NCBI RefSeq assembly: GCF_035084215.1
Contig: NC_090332.1
Location: 40,734,001-40,798,000 of the forward strand
Direction: 5' to 3'
Source: Heptranchias perlo
Lineage: Eukaryota
DNA length: 64,000 nucleotides
This document shows positions 26,671 through 40,499 of the stretch, piece by piece. The position numbers and the translations under genes were made by a program. Each line of letters begins with the position of its first letter. Position 1 is the stretch's first letter. Below the pieces are notes generated by a model. The model made no database searches. It worked only from the letters and a program-made list of their open reading frames with translations, and had not been told where the DNA came from.

Positions 26671-26689
26671 TTAGTACCAGTATTCTTAG

Positions 26690-28051
26690 TTAGATGGGCA
26701 TGAGAGGATGAGAGTTTTTAATGAGGACTGGGCCCAGAAATAACATGAATGAAGGCAGCTGTAAAAATACAAAAAACAAATATTTAATTTGAGACAGTTT
26801 TCTGGAACAATATGTTCTGGAACCAACAAGAAAACAGGCCATATTAGATTTAGTGATGAGTGATAAGGCTGAATTAGTCAACAATCTAATGGTAAGGGAG
26901 CATCTAGCTAACAGTGGCCACAATATGATTGAATTCGATGTCATGTTTGAGAGGGAGAAGGGTGAGTCATGAACTGAGATTTTAAATTTAGGTAAGGTGG
27001 ACTTTGGAGGGATAAGCCTGAAAATGACCACAGTAGACTGGGTAGAACTATTAATAGATAAAACTACAGATGAGCAGTGGGAGGTATTCAAATAAATATT
27101 TGGTAGATTATAAGACCTGTACATACCCATAATGGGCAAGAGCTCTGCTTGTGTAATTAAGCAACCTTGGTCAACAAGAGAAATGAGAGATAATATAAAA
27201 CTAAAAGAAAGGGCTTACATGAATGCAAAGAACAGTAGAGATCCTGCAGATTGGGAGAGATATGAAGAACAGCAAAGGAATATAAAGAAAGCAGTCAGAG
27301 CTGCAAAAAAGGGAATATGAGAAAAAAAACTTGCAAGGGATATCAAAGACAACAATAAAGGTTTTTACAAGTATATTAAGAGAAAGAGGATGGCTAAGAG
27401 TAATGTATGCCCATTAAAGACAGATGCAGGTGATATTGTAATTGAAAATCAGGAAATGGCAGACTTGCTAAACACTTACTTTGTATCGGTCTTCATAGTA
27501 GACGATGAGGATAAAGTACCAGGGATACAAGGAAACTAAAAATAAATCAAGGGGAGGAACTTACTAGATTTAACATAAGTTTAAAAAATGGTGATGGAGA
27601 AAATAATGAGACTAAAGATAGACAAATCTTCAAGACCTAATGGTTTCCACCCCAGGGTATTAAAGGATGTAGATGAGGAAATTGTGGATGCTCTAGTCAT
27701 GATCTAGATTATCCCCTTGGATTGGAAAATTGCCAATGTCGCTCCATTATTTAAGAAGGGTAAAAGAGATAAACTAGGAAATTATAGGCCTATTAATCTA
27801 ACGTCTGTTGTGGGGAAGTTACTAGAAACTGTTATTAGGGACAGAGTTACCAAGCACTTGGAAAGATATGAACTGCTCAGAGAGAGCTAGCATGGATTTG
27901 TAATGGGTAAGTCATGTCCAACGAACCTAGTTGAATTTTTTGAGGAGATAACTAATGTGATAGATAAGGGAGTGTCTATGGATGTTATTTATATGAACTT
28001 CCAGAAGGCATTTGATAAGGTTCCACATAAAAGGCTGTTAACAAAAATGAG
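26690..28051 (+). mobile_element. CR1-A, 5' part of ORF2 (outermost host of the nested cluster)
   Basis: FLEQYVLEPTRKQAILDLVM...NYRPINLTSVVGK...MNFQKAFDKVPHKRLLTKM; breaks at ATGAG (28047-28051). Confidence 0.88.
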
Positions 28052-28560
28052 TAGTGATTTGGGTAAAAACAAGCAGTGTGTGTCAGGAAGGGACAGAGAG
28101 TTTGACAAAGGTAATAGGGCATTCGTGACTCAGGTCACATCAGGGAAAAATAATAAAAAGTTTAAATTAAAGGCGCTATATCTGAATGCACGAAGAATTT
28201 GTAACAAAATAGATGAATTAATGGCACAAATAGAGATAAATGGGTTTGATCTAGTAGCCATAACTGAGACGTAACCAGGGTAACCAACGTTGGGAACTAA
28301 ATATTCCAGGGTACTTGACTTTTAGGAGAGATAGGCAAAATGGAAAAGGAGTGGGGGTGGGGGGGGGGGGGTAGCCACGATAATAAAGGATGGGATAAAG
28401 GCAGCAGTGAGAAAGGATTTTAGCTCAGAAAATCAGGATGTATAATCAGTATGGGTGGAGCTAAGAAATAACAAGGGGTAGAAAACACTGGTGGGAGTAA
28501 TTTATAGGCCCCCCTAACAGTAGTTATAGTGTTGAACAAAGTATAAATCAGGAAATTAGA

Positions 28561-30895
28561 GGACCTCATCCTCACCAATCCACCTGTCGCAAATGCATCT
28601 GTCCATGACAGTATTGGTAGGAGTGACCACCGCACAGTCCTCGTGGAGATGAAATCCCGTCTTCGCACTGAGGACACCATCCAACGTGTTGTGTGGCACT
28701 ACCACCGTGCTAAATGGGATAGATTCAGAACAGATCTAGCAGCTCAAAACTGGGCATCCATGAGGCGCTGTGGGCCATCAGCAGCAGCAGAATTGTATTC
28801 CAGCACAATCTGTAACCTCATGGCCCGGCATATTCCTCACTCTACCATTACCAACAAGCCAGGGGATCAACCCTGGTTCAATGAGGAGTGTAGAAGAGCA
28901 TGCCAGGAGCAGCACCAGGCGTACCTAAAAATGAGGTGCCAACCTGGTGAAGCTACAACTCAGGACTACATGCATGCTAACAGCGGAAGCAACATGCTAT
29001 AGACAGAGCTAAGCGATTCCACAACCAACGGATCAGATCAAAGCTCTGCAGTCCTGCCACATCCAGTCGTGAATGGTGGTGGACAATTAAACAACTAACG
29101 GGAGGAGGAGGCTCTGCAAACATCCCCATTCTCAATGATGGCGGAGTCCAGCACGTGAGTGCAAAAGACAAGGCTGAAGCGTTTGCAACCATCTTCAGCC
29201 AGAAGTGCCGAGTGGATAATCCATCTCAGCCTCCTCCCGATATCCCCACCATCACGGAAGCCAGTCTTCGGCCAATTCGATTCACTCCACGTGATATCAA
29301 GAAACGGCTGAGTGCACTGGATACAGCAAAGGCTATGGGCCCTGACAACATCCCAGCTGTCGTGCTGAAGACTTGTGCTCCAGAACTCGCTGCGCCTCTA
29401 GCCAAGCTGTTCCAGTACAGCTACAACACTGGCATCCACCCGACAATGTGGAAAATTGCCCAGGTATGTCCTGTCCACAAAAAGCAGGACAAATCCAATC
29501 CGGCCAATTACCGCCCCATCAGTCTACTCTCAATCATCAGCAAAGTGATGGAAGGTGTCGTCGACAGTGCTATCAAGCGGCACTTACTCACCAATAACCT
29601 GCTCACTGATGCTCAGTTTGGGTTCCGCCAGGACCACTCGGCTCCAGACCTCATTACAGCCTTGGTCCAAACATGGACAAAAGAGCTGAATTCCAGAGGT
29701 GAGGTGAGAGTGACTGCCCTTGACATCAAGGCAGCATTTGACCGAGTGTGGCACCAAGGAGCCCTTGTAAAATTGAAGTCAATGGGAATCAGGGGGAAAA
29801 CTCTCCAGTGGCTGGAGTCATACCTAGCACAAAGGAAGATGGTAGTGGTTGTTGGAGGCCAATCATCTCAGCCCCAGGGCATTGCTACAGGAGTTCCTCA
29901 GGGCAGTGTCCTAGGCCCAACCATCTTCAGCTGCTTCATCAATGACCTTCCCTCCATCATAAGGTCAGAAATGGGGATGTTCGCTGATGACTGCACAGTG
30001 TTCAGTTCCATTCGCAACCCCTCAGATAATGAAGCAGTCCGAGCCTGCATACAGCAAGACCTGGACAACATCCAGGCTTGGGCTGATAAGTGGCAAGTAA
30101 CATTCGTGCCAGACAAGTGCCAGGCAATGACCATCTCCAACAAGAGAGAGTCTAACCACCTCCCCTTGACATTCAACGGCATTACCATCGCCGAATCCCC
30201 CACCATCAACATCCTGGGGGTCACCATTGACCAGAAACTTAACTGGACCAGCCATATAAATACTGTGGCTACGAGAACAGGTCAGAGGCTGGGTATTCTG
30301 CGGCGAGTGACTCACCTCCTGACTCCCCAAGCCTTTTCACCATCTACAAGGCACAAGTCAGGAGTGTGATGGAATACTCTCCACTTGCCTGGATGAGTGC
30401 AGCTCCAACAACACTCAAGAAGCTCGACACCATCCAAGATAAAGCAGCCCGCTTGATTGGCACCCCATCCACCACCCTAAACATTCACTCCCTTCACCAC
30501 CGGCGCACTGTGGCTGCAGTGTGCACCATCCACAGGATGCACTGCAGCAACTCGCCAAGGCTTCTTCGACAGCACCTCCCAAACCCGCGACCTCTACCAC
30601 CTAGAAGGACAAGGGCAGCAGGCGCATGGGAACAACACCACCTGCACGTTCCCCTCCAAGTCACACACCATCCCGACTTGGAAATATATCGCCGTTCCTT
30701 CATTGTCGCTGGGTCAAAATCCTGGAACTCCCTTCCTAACAGCACTGTGGGAGAACCGTCACCACACGGACTGCAGCGGTTCAAGAAGGCGGCTCACCAC
30801 CACCTTCTCGAGGGCAATTAGGGATGGGCAATAAATGCCGGCCTTGCCAGCGACGCCCACATCCCGTGAACGAATAATAAAAAAAATTTTAAAAA
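28561..30895 (+). mobile_element. LINE-B, young 5'-truncated copy with near-intact RT (two frameshifts)
   Basis: ORFs 28643-29002, 29155-30369 (YRPISLLS, ALDIKAAFDRVWH, GVPQGSVLGP, FADD) and 30366-30821; A-rich tail; interrupts the CR1-B endonuclease. Confidence 0.95.
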
Positions 30896-32155
30896 TGTAA
30901 CAAGGGTTACGCAATAATCATGGGGGACTTCAATCTACATATAGACTGGGCAAACCAAATTGGCAAAAGTAGTTTGGAAGATGAGTTCATGGAATGCATT
31001 CAAGTCAGTTTTCCAGAACAATATGTCGAGGAACCAACTAGGAAATAGGCTATTTTAGATCTAGTATTGTGTAATGAGACAGGGTTAATTAGTAATCTTA
31101 TTGATAAGGATCCTCTGGGGTAGAGTGATCATAATATGATAGAATTTCATATTGAGTTTGAGAGTGATGTAGTTAAGTCTGAAACTCGGGTCTTAAATTT
31201 AAACTAGGCCAATTATGTAATTATGAGGGGCGAGTTGGCTAAGGTAGATTTGGAAAATTAGATTAAAAGATATGACGGTAGATAAGTAATGGCGAATATT
31301 TAAAGAAATATTTCATAATTCTCAACGAATATAAATTCCCTTGAGGAATAAAAATTCCACAGGAAACATGATCCAACCGTAGCTAACTAAAGAAGTTAAG
31401 GATAGTATTAGATTAAAAGAAGAGGCTTACAATGTTGCCAAAAAGAATAGTAAGCCTGAGGATTTGGAGGGATTTAGAAATCAGCAAAGAATGACCAAGA
31501 AATTGATAGAGGGAGAAAATTGAATATGAGAGTAAACTAGCTAGAAATATAAAAGCAGATTGTAAGAGTTTCTATGTGTATGTAAAAAAGAAGAGAATAG
31601 CGAAAGTAAACATGGATCCCTCAGAGGCAGAGATAGGAGAAATTATAATAGGGAATAAGGAAATGGCAGAGACGTTAAACAAATATTTTCACAGTAGAAG
31701 GCACAATAAACATACCAGAAATAGGGGGAAATCCAGGGTCTAATGAGAGCGAGGAACTTAAAGGAATTAAGATTAGTAAAGAAAAAGTACTGCAGAAATT
31801 AATGGGACTAAAATCCGACAAATCCCCTGGACCTGATGATCTACATGGTCCCCGTGTATTTGAGGTAGCAAATGTAACCGCACTATTCAAGAAAGGAGAA
31901 AGAGAGAAAACAGGGAACTATAGGCCAGTTAGCCTGACATCAGTAGTAGGGAAAATGGGTGAATCTATTATTAAGGACGTGGTAACAGGGCATTTAGAAA
32001 ATAATCATATGATTAGGCAGAGTCAGCGCGGTTTTATGAAAGGGAAATCGTGTTTGACAAATCTATTAGAGTTTTTTGAGGGTGTAACTAGCAGGATAGA
32101 TAAGGGGGAACCAATCGATGTAGTATATTTGGATTTTCAAAAGGCATTCGATAAG

Positions 32156-35100
32156 TCTTAAACAAGCATGATTTTACCCGGAGAGTTACATAGGGTTAGG
32201 CTGAAGCCAGCATTTACGTCCCCTGGAAGTATTTAACTCTCGGAGAGTTACACAGGATTGGGCCTGAAGCCAGCATGGACCCACTGTATATGTCTAACTC
32301 TCCTCCTCCAACTGTGGGACTTCTGGCTAAAAGCCACTCTTTATATACTCTATTTCTGCCAGTGGAATGTGCAGTTTTGCTCGCACTGTTTGCAGGTAGT
32401 GAGCTAGATAATATTAGTTTCTCTTTTTCTTATCTGGGCAAGAGTGGTCAAAATATTCCTGGAATCGGTGCAAAGGTCACCCTGCAGTCGGTACCATTTT
32501 CGCAGAAGCAGAACGAAGTTTCTCCAAAATAGCTGTCTCAGGCAGTTTCCTGAGGGTCTGCAGCTTTCCAGTTATCTGACCACATTGTTCTGTTAGAAGG
32601 TTCAGTAGTTATCCATGGTGCTGCTTCATTATACTTTGCCCACTGCCTGGTTCTGCTACTCAATCTTAGTCTTTAATCCGTTTACAGCTAATTTCATATT
32701 TAATAGATTCTTAGCTTATTTGATAGATTCTTACAATCCCCACCTTGTGAGGGAAATATCCTTATTGACCCCTCATAATATTGTTACCGTTTGATCAACG
32801 CCGCCAACTCTAAGTTATTAGTTCGATTGCCCAATTTCCTTATCAAACAACGTTTCATTTGGTTAAAATCACACATTGTGATACAGACAAAAAAAATCAT
32901 AATACACTGTACAGAAAACTACAGTGTATCATATTATCAAGAAATCACGGACTTAAAAGATTATCCAGCTAATATCCATCTTGTGGATATTTTTCCTTTG
33001 TTGTCCCAATTTCATTGTTAAGTGAAAGGAACCTAACCCCGAATTTTGGAAATCCAAATTATTATGTCCTTCTTTATTTTAATTTCAATCCCTCTGATAG
33101 GTACCAGTGTTTCCTGATTGTATTGCTAATTAGTGGAGCATGTGTCAGTGCATTACTTAAAAGGTTTTCTCGCTCTCCTGAGCCACATTAACCATTTCAT
33201 GTCATGCTGTTGTCAAGTAACTGAGCATGTCTAAGTTCTTCAGTGCATCTTTATCATGCATTTCCGCATACTGGTCGTCTCAGACGCAACATATCAAAGG
33301 TAATGTTCTTGATTATTAATTTCTTGCTGGCCAGTCTCTTCTTCCTTATGGTATTTCCGAACGTGTTTTCCACAGCACACATCATATGTCCAGTAAGATT
33401 CAATCCTGTAAGAGCAACTGGTCTGTTTAAAGAGTGTTTCCAATAGCTCACCAGGCCATTGGCCTTTGCAATCATGCTCTGCATCCTGGTCTCCGTTTCC
33501 AATTGATGGTAACGTACATTTGTATTTTTCACGTCCACTGTAGCCATTCTTGGGCTTTCAGGTTATTTTGTCAAAAGATTGGGGGCTGTCTGGAGGTTTT
33601 TGCTTATCTCCCCCTGCATGGTCCCAATGTCTCAGGTAGTGGCCAGGCTATCAAATGCAGTTTTCTCATTGTTCAGTATAGGCAAGGACATATCTCTATG
33701 AGAAAGCTATCAATTTACTATTCTCAACTACACCTCCCTGACTTTCACTGGATTGTACATTTATACCAGATGGGTAATTTTTGGTAAACCATGACTTTAG
33801 AGAAATTCCCATTTGGTGGTGTAATTTCTCTGTTTCTATCTTATATTGTCAATCACTTCCTCTCATCCAATTTTACACATCCCATTATATTACCATTTCA
33901 TCTCATTCATTAGCCCTGGAGAAACTTTACTGTCCATTACAGGCTGGTCCAGTATGAATACATTTTTGGTTTATTTCATCGAATTCTTCTTGGACTGCTT
34001 TTCATTTCCTAAAATATCCCGTTAAATTGTGCCTGAGTCCATTCCATCATTTCAAAATTATCCTAATTCCAAAGAGCAGTATTGTTGGACTGACAAGTCT
34101 TGTCAATGTACAATTTTATTTTCCCCCAAAATGCTTTCTTCCTTGATACACATCTTTGGATAAAGAACCATTTAGACTGGACTTCTTTTATTTTAAAATA
34201 TAACTTGATTATCTCCTTAAACAACAGGTAACTTTTCCCTTTTTGAGTGCTTAAACAGCAACTCATATCAATTTATCTTATCAATTCAAATTTCAGAAAC
34301 AAATTATGTCCAGGCTTTGTGGTTTTACAGTAGAGACAGAAGTGCTTGTAATTATTTTTGTATGTAACTCCCATATCTCCCCACCTCATGCACTCTGTCT
34401 CGCAAGACAATAGATAACCCTGAATTGGTTAAAGCCAAGCCTTTGAGATGCAAAGTCTCAGTCCAAATCGTCACCCACTGTGATACTGGATATCTGCCGA
34501 TGTCTGCTGATAAGGTCTTAAATTCTTCACACCGCTGGATCGTTTCCTGCACCAAGACCTTTGCGGTCCCAAAAACCAAAAAAGAAAAATAGGAAATACT
34601 TTGTGGCTCTTTTTAAGAGACCAAGGGGTTAAAAGTAACAAACAATTCATTAAATTTCTTCTGTCACCCTTTATCCCAGGACCAGAGAGGACTCCATGCA
34701 CGTTTCCGTGAATGAATCTAATTACCTCACTCCAGGAGGAATAGTCAGCAAAGGGAGCACAAAAATAATGTCCAATATTTCCTTCTATCACATGGGGAAA
34801 TAGCCACTTAAATTAAGAAACTTAAAAATTTCATATGCTTATCTAAAGCACTATGCTAACAGCACTAAATGATCTATTTTAAAGAGTAATCCCTTTAAAC
34901 TGAAATAAACCTAGAAAAATGTCCAGAGGAAGATGGGAAAGACTGACTAGCTTCTCCATCTATCTCCCAAAGTTTCTCTCTCTCTCGGAACTCACTAAGG
35001 GACAGTAAAAGTGCTTACGAGTCAGCAGATTAACCTGCTGGAAGCTCAGAGGGTGGGGAAGAAGTCAATCACAATAGCAGTTTTATTTTAGCTGTGATGT

Positions 35101-37724
35101 CATTAAAACAAAAATGCTTTAAATAAGTTCAAATTAATCTTTTCCCAAAAAGTCCCTGTGCTCTTATAACAGTGATAACTTGCACAAAGATCCTAACACA
35201 AATAAACTCTGGATAATAAATTCCAACTTCTCTAACTTCCAATTTTCAAAACATGAGCCATGAAGGCACAAAATATTTGTCAGTTTTTATCCATGCTTAG
35301 TAATTGAAAATCCACTAAAGACAGCAGAAATCAATGGTATTTCTTTCTATTAACTTTAAATATTCTATGAAACAATTCTACAGTACAATCTAACTACTCC
35401 AGATCGTCATCATAGAGATAGCAGAGATCCTTTAACCATTTTTTTCCTTCTTCATGGTCACTTTGGTTTGACCACCGTCAATCATAAAATCAAAGGGTCA
35501 ATTTGCTAAGAGCTATCACATTTCAGTAAAACATGATTAAACAAATAGAGTTACTTCAAGCTGTCCCGATATTTTAACACATCAATTCACGCTTATCAAT
35601 ACTCAACACAACTTAACTTCAAATCACTTGACATTTTCTTCACATCATTAAGCATTTAAGAAATTCAAAATGCCAATTTTTATGTGATGATCTCATGTCC
35701 GGAATTTGAGACGCTCACATTTTTTTTTAAAAGAACCAGAATTTTACATGGCCACAGCAAAAGTCTGGTTTCCACAATTTAATAGGTCAGTTAATCCCAA
35801 TAACTCCAATTTTAATTCAGCAATATCAGAATTAAACACAAGACAAAACAGATAGTAAACACAAGACAAACAGATAAAATGATCAACATAACACATGAGT
35901 ACTAAAACCCGGTACATTACATTATCTTTCGTTTCGTTCTTTCTTCAGGCGCGCCTTTCCAACAAACTAAAAATACTGGAAATAACTGCTTTCACAGCTA
36001 AACAAAATCTTTGTACCATTGCACAAATAGGGAAACACATAACAAACATTAAAAAGGGTTGTAGCCCACTACAGCGAAAAGAAAGCACTCACAATGAGAA
36101 CAGATTTTTTAAAGAGACAGTACACTGAAAACAAAAGAACACATTCTATAGCTTATGATCCTCTTCCTTTCTCTTTCTTGATTCCATCATAGACTACAAC
36201 CCCATTTTGTACCAATTCAAAGTCTCAAGCTCACAGTCTGTGTTCTCACCCAAGCCTGGTGTGGTGAAGGTCCCTCCATCTTTTTGTTCTTCTTTATTCC
36301 TCATCTATCAACCTACCCTTCCAAATTTCAACTTCCTCTTTCAACCTCCCTAAATCCTGTGGCTGAAACAACAAGACACCTGCTTTCCTATCCTCCTCTT
36401 TAATTTCTTTCTCCTTTTCCAGATTTTTCATCTTAGTCTCCACCTCACACAAAGTCTGACAGGCGTTAACTTAATACAGTACAAGTTCCTATGTTCTCCT
36501 CGTCCTCCTGCAAAATCTTACCCACAGTTACTTGACTCTGAATCCATTTTGTCGCCTTTTAACTCGAGCCCCCTTCTGGTCTTGTCAAAAACGACATTAA
36601 ATCTCTTACACATAATTTCTCAAACTTCTTATCTTCAACCTCTTTCTGAATTCTTTCTCGGGTGGCACTGTCAGTCCCTCCAAGGTCAGACATGCTAACA
36701 GTCATGTCACGTCCATCGGGCCCAAGTACTTGGACAGGTCCATATCCTTACATAGACCTTTGGTCATACTCCGCCTTTGTTACTGGTATGTATTAAAACC
36801 TACACTCTCCTCAAGACAACCTCAAGGGCTTTCTACACAACCAGTGTGGTGTCTCAAGGGTTCCCTACCTAACCGACAGGGTGATCAATCAGGTCGGCCG
36901 AGCCTATCTGTGAAGGACAAAAAATCAACTCTTTTTGTCAGACTCCTGGCTGGCTCACCATTGTTAGAATCCCATATGCTAGTACGGTGATTCCTTTCAA
37001 TTAATTGGACCTGACACCATATTGGATAGAGAGTTGAGGTTTTTATTGTTCACAGACAGCGTTTGATCAATTTATATAACAATCATTGAGCAGTAACTAA
37101 CAGTCTTAAACAAGCATGATTTTACCCGTTTGGCGACTGGACAGCCGGTGCGGATGGCCCATTCCTAGTTGTTCCTTGGAGAGTTACATAGGGTTAGGCT
37201 GAAGCCAGCATTTATGTTCCCTGGAAGTATCTAACTCTCGTATTAGGATTAGGCCTGAAGCCAGCATGGATCCCCTGGATATGTCTAGCTCTCCTCCTCC
37301 GACTGTGAGGCTTCTGGCTAAAAGCCAGTCTTTATATACCCTATTTCTGCCTGAGGAATGTGCAGTTTTGCACATACTGTTGGCAGGTGGTGGGCTAGAT
37401 AATAATATTAGTTCCTCTTTTTCTTATCTGGGCAAGAGTGGTCAAAATATTCCAGTACCATTTTCGCAGAAGCAGAATGGTACCCTTTTCACAGAAGCAG
37501 AACAAAGTTTCTCCAAAATAGCTGACTCGGGCAGTTTTCTGAGGGTCTGCAGCTTTCCTGTTATCTGACCACATTGTTCTGTTAGAAGGTTCAGTAGTTT
37601 TCCATGGTGCTGCTTCATTATACTTTGCCCACTGCCTGGTTCTGCTACTTAATCTTAGTCTTTAATCCATTTACAGCTGATTTCATATTTAATAGATTCA
37701 TAGCTTATTTGATAGATTCTTACG
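32156..37724 (-). mobile_element. LTR retroelement/ERV with two LTRs and a decayed internal region of about 4.2 kb
   Basis: Direct repeats 32156-32735 (3' LTR, outer end deleted) and 36962-37724 (5' LTR); termini TGTAAG...CTAACA on the minus strand; PPT AAGGTGGGGAT before the 3' LTR; PBS after the 5' LTR. Confidence 0.9.
36943..36960 (-). other. Primer-binding site for tRNA-Arg(ACG)
   Basis: Minus strand TGGTGAGCCAGCCAGGAG lies 1 nt after the 5' LTR and is complementary (1 mismatch) to the vertebrate tRNA-Arg(ACG) 3' end CTCCTGGCTGGCTCGCCA. Confidence 0.85.
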
Positions 37725-38533
37725 AAGTATAATATGGGGAAATGTGAAATTATCCACTTTGGTAGGAAAAATAGAAAATCAGAATTTTTTTAAAAAGTGA
37801 GAGACTAAGAAATGTTGGTATTCAGAGGGATTTGGGTGTCCATGTACACGAATCACAGAAAGTTAACATGCAGGTACAGCAAGCAATTAGGAAGGCAAAT
37901 GGTATGTTAGTATTTATTGCAAGGTGGTTGGAGTATAAGAGTACGGATGTCTTGCTGCAATTATATAGGGCTCTGGTGAGACCACACCTGAAGTACTGTG
38001 CACAGTTTGGTCTCCTTACCTAAAGAACTTGCCTTAGAATGGGTGCAATGAAGGTTGACTAGATTCATTCCTCTGATGAGAGGGTTGTCCTATTAGGGGA
38101 AATTGAGTAGAATGGGCCTATATTCTCTGGAGTTTAGAAGAATGAGAGGTGATCTCATTGAAACGTATAAAATTCTTAGAGGGCTTGACAGGGTAGATGC
38201 TGAGAGGCTGTTCCCCCAGCTGGAGAGTCTAGACCTAGGAGTCATAGTCTCAAGATAAGGGGTTGGCAAAATATGGACCAAGATGAGGAAAAATGTCTTC
38301 ACTGAGGGTTGTGAACCTTTGGAATTCTCCACCCCAGAGGGCTATGGATGCTCAGTCGTTGAATATATTCAAGACTGAGATCAATAGATTTTTGGATGCT
38401 AAGGGAATCAAGGGATATGGAAATAGGGCGGGAAAATGGAGTTGAAGTAGAAGATCAGCCATGATCTTCTTGAATGGCGGAGCAGACCCGAGGGGCCATA
38501 TGGTCTCCTCCTGCTCTTATTTCTCATGTTCTT

Positions 38534-39650
38534 ATGAGAGCGCGTGGAATAGGAGGCAACCTATTGACATGGGTAGGGAATTGGTTCGGTGGTACGAGAC
38601 AGAGAGTACGGATAATGGGTATGTGCTCAAATTGGCAGGATATGACTAGTGTTGCCCCTCTTGGATCTGTATTGGTGCCTCAGCTTTTCACTATTTTTAT
38701 AAATGACTTAGACGAAAGAATAGAGAGCCGTATATCCAAGTTTGCTGATGACACAAAGTTAGGTAGCACAGTAAACAGTGTCAATGGGAGCAGAATGTTG
38801 CAGAGGGTCATTGATAGATTAAATGAGTGGGTAAAACTGTGGCAGATGGAGTTCATTGTGGGGAAGTGTGAGGTCATCCACTTTGGTCCTAAGAAAGATA
38901 GATCAGGGTATTTTCTAAATGATGAAGAGCTAGGAACTGTGGAGGAGCAGAGAGATTTAGGGGTCCAATACAGAAATCACTAAAAGCTAGTGGACAGGTC
39001 CAAAAGTAATTAAAAAGGCTAATGGAATGTTGGCCTTTATCTCAAGGGGGCTGGAATACAAAGGGGTGGAAGTTATGTTATAAGCCTCTGGTTAGACCCC
39101 ATTTAGAGTACTGCCCTCAGTTCTGGGCACTGCACCACAGGAAGGATATATTGGCCTTAGAGGGGTGCAGTGCAGATTCACCAGAATGATACTGGGGCTA
39201 AAAGGGTTAAGTTATGAGGACAGGTTGCGTAGACTAGACTTGTATTCCCTTGAGTATAGAAGATTAAGAGGTGATCTAATTGAGGTGTTTAAGATGATTA
39301 AAGGATTTGATAGAGTTGGTAGAAACTATTTCCTCTGGTGGAGGAATCCAGAACAAGGGGGTATAACCTTAAAATTAAAGCTAGGCCGTTCAGGGGTGAT
39401 GTCAGGAAGCATTTCTTCGCACAAAGGGTAGTGGAAATCTGGATAACACTTTCCCCTAAGGAGTTGTTGACGCTGGGTAAATTGAAAATTTCAAAACTGA
39501 GAGTGATAGATTTTTGTTAAGTATGGGTATTAAGAATTACAGAACCAAGGTGGGTAGATGGAGTTAAAATATAGATCAGGAATGATCTAATTGAATGGTG
39601 GAACAGACTTGAGGGGCTGAATGACCTATTCCTGTTTCTGTGTTCCATAA
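38534..39650 (+). mobile_element. CR1-A, 3' part (continuation of 26690-28051)
   Basis: Resumes exactly in the RT: ...RLLTKM|RARGIGGNLLTW...GSVLVPQLFTIFINDL...[10 protein letters not shown]...GDLIEVFKMIKG, then the 3' UTR. Confidence 0.88.
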
Positions 39651-40499
39651 CTTTAAGATTTTGTTGCAACAAAATTAGGCATGCCCACTGTTGTCTCCTC
39701 CCAAGAGATGCAATGACCACATTTTAACTGAACTTGCTCCCTATCTAAGAACACCTTCAAAGCCTTTTCAGATGTGACTTCCCTGTGGGTCGCCTTGCTT
39801 GCTGCCTGATTTTTCTGCTTTTTGTCCATTTACCATCACGGTCTACTCTGCCATGCTTGTGATTCATTCCTGTGTCTGGCTGCTCTCAAACTGGTGCTAT
39901 ACTCAGGATATCGACCTACCCTTGAGGCCCAGGCCTGTGTCTTAAATTGCTTCCAGCCCCATCTCCCCCTCAGTGCAGCTTGACCCCTACCCCTACTTTT
40001 TCCAGTCCTCAGTTCTGCCTTCAGTGCTCACATCTGCCCCCTCAGTGCACCGAGAGCCCCTCAGTGTTTTCAGTCTTCATGTAGCTGCTCAGAGATCCCA
40101 GATCCTATTCACCCATTAGTGTTCCCACAATCGGGTCCCTCTCCAAGGATCCTATTCCATGTAAATCCATATTTTTTCAGACTACTCCTCCCACGCCTCA
40201 AATATGATCCATTAATTCATAGTCCAGTCCTCTAGCATTCCACACACCCTTTTTAGTACTCCTAATCTCCAGACTTTCCCCTTGAGTGTTCCCCCACACC
40301 CATTCACAATGAATCCTGGACAATAGCCCCCCTCCTTGTGCTACCAAGCCTCAACACCCCATTCCATGACTACTTCCATGCCCCAATTCTCCCCTCTAGC
40401 CCCCCTCCCATGAGAGTGTCCTATATTATAGAATAAAACCAGGTTATAGAGGAAGAGAAAGAAGAAAAAACACAGAAGATAACTGGGGAAAAGATGCAG

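Larger units (their letters stand above)
28052..38533 (+). mobile_element. CR1-B inserted in CR1-A, itself split into 28052-28562, 30896-32155 and 37725-38533
   Basis: EN start LKALYLNARRICNKIDEL; RT NYRPVSLTSVVGK...LDFQKAFDK; 3' tail (TTCTTATG)-like repeats at about 38515-38536; flanked by a duplicated ATGAG (28047-51 and 38534-38). Confidence 0.85.
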
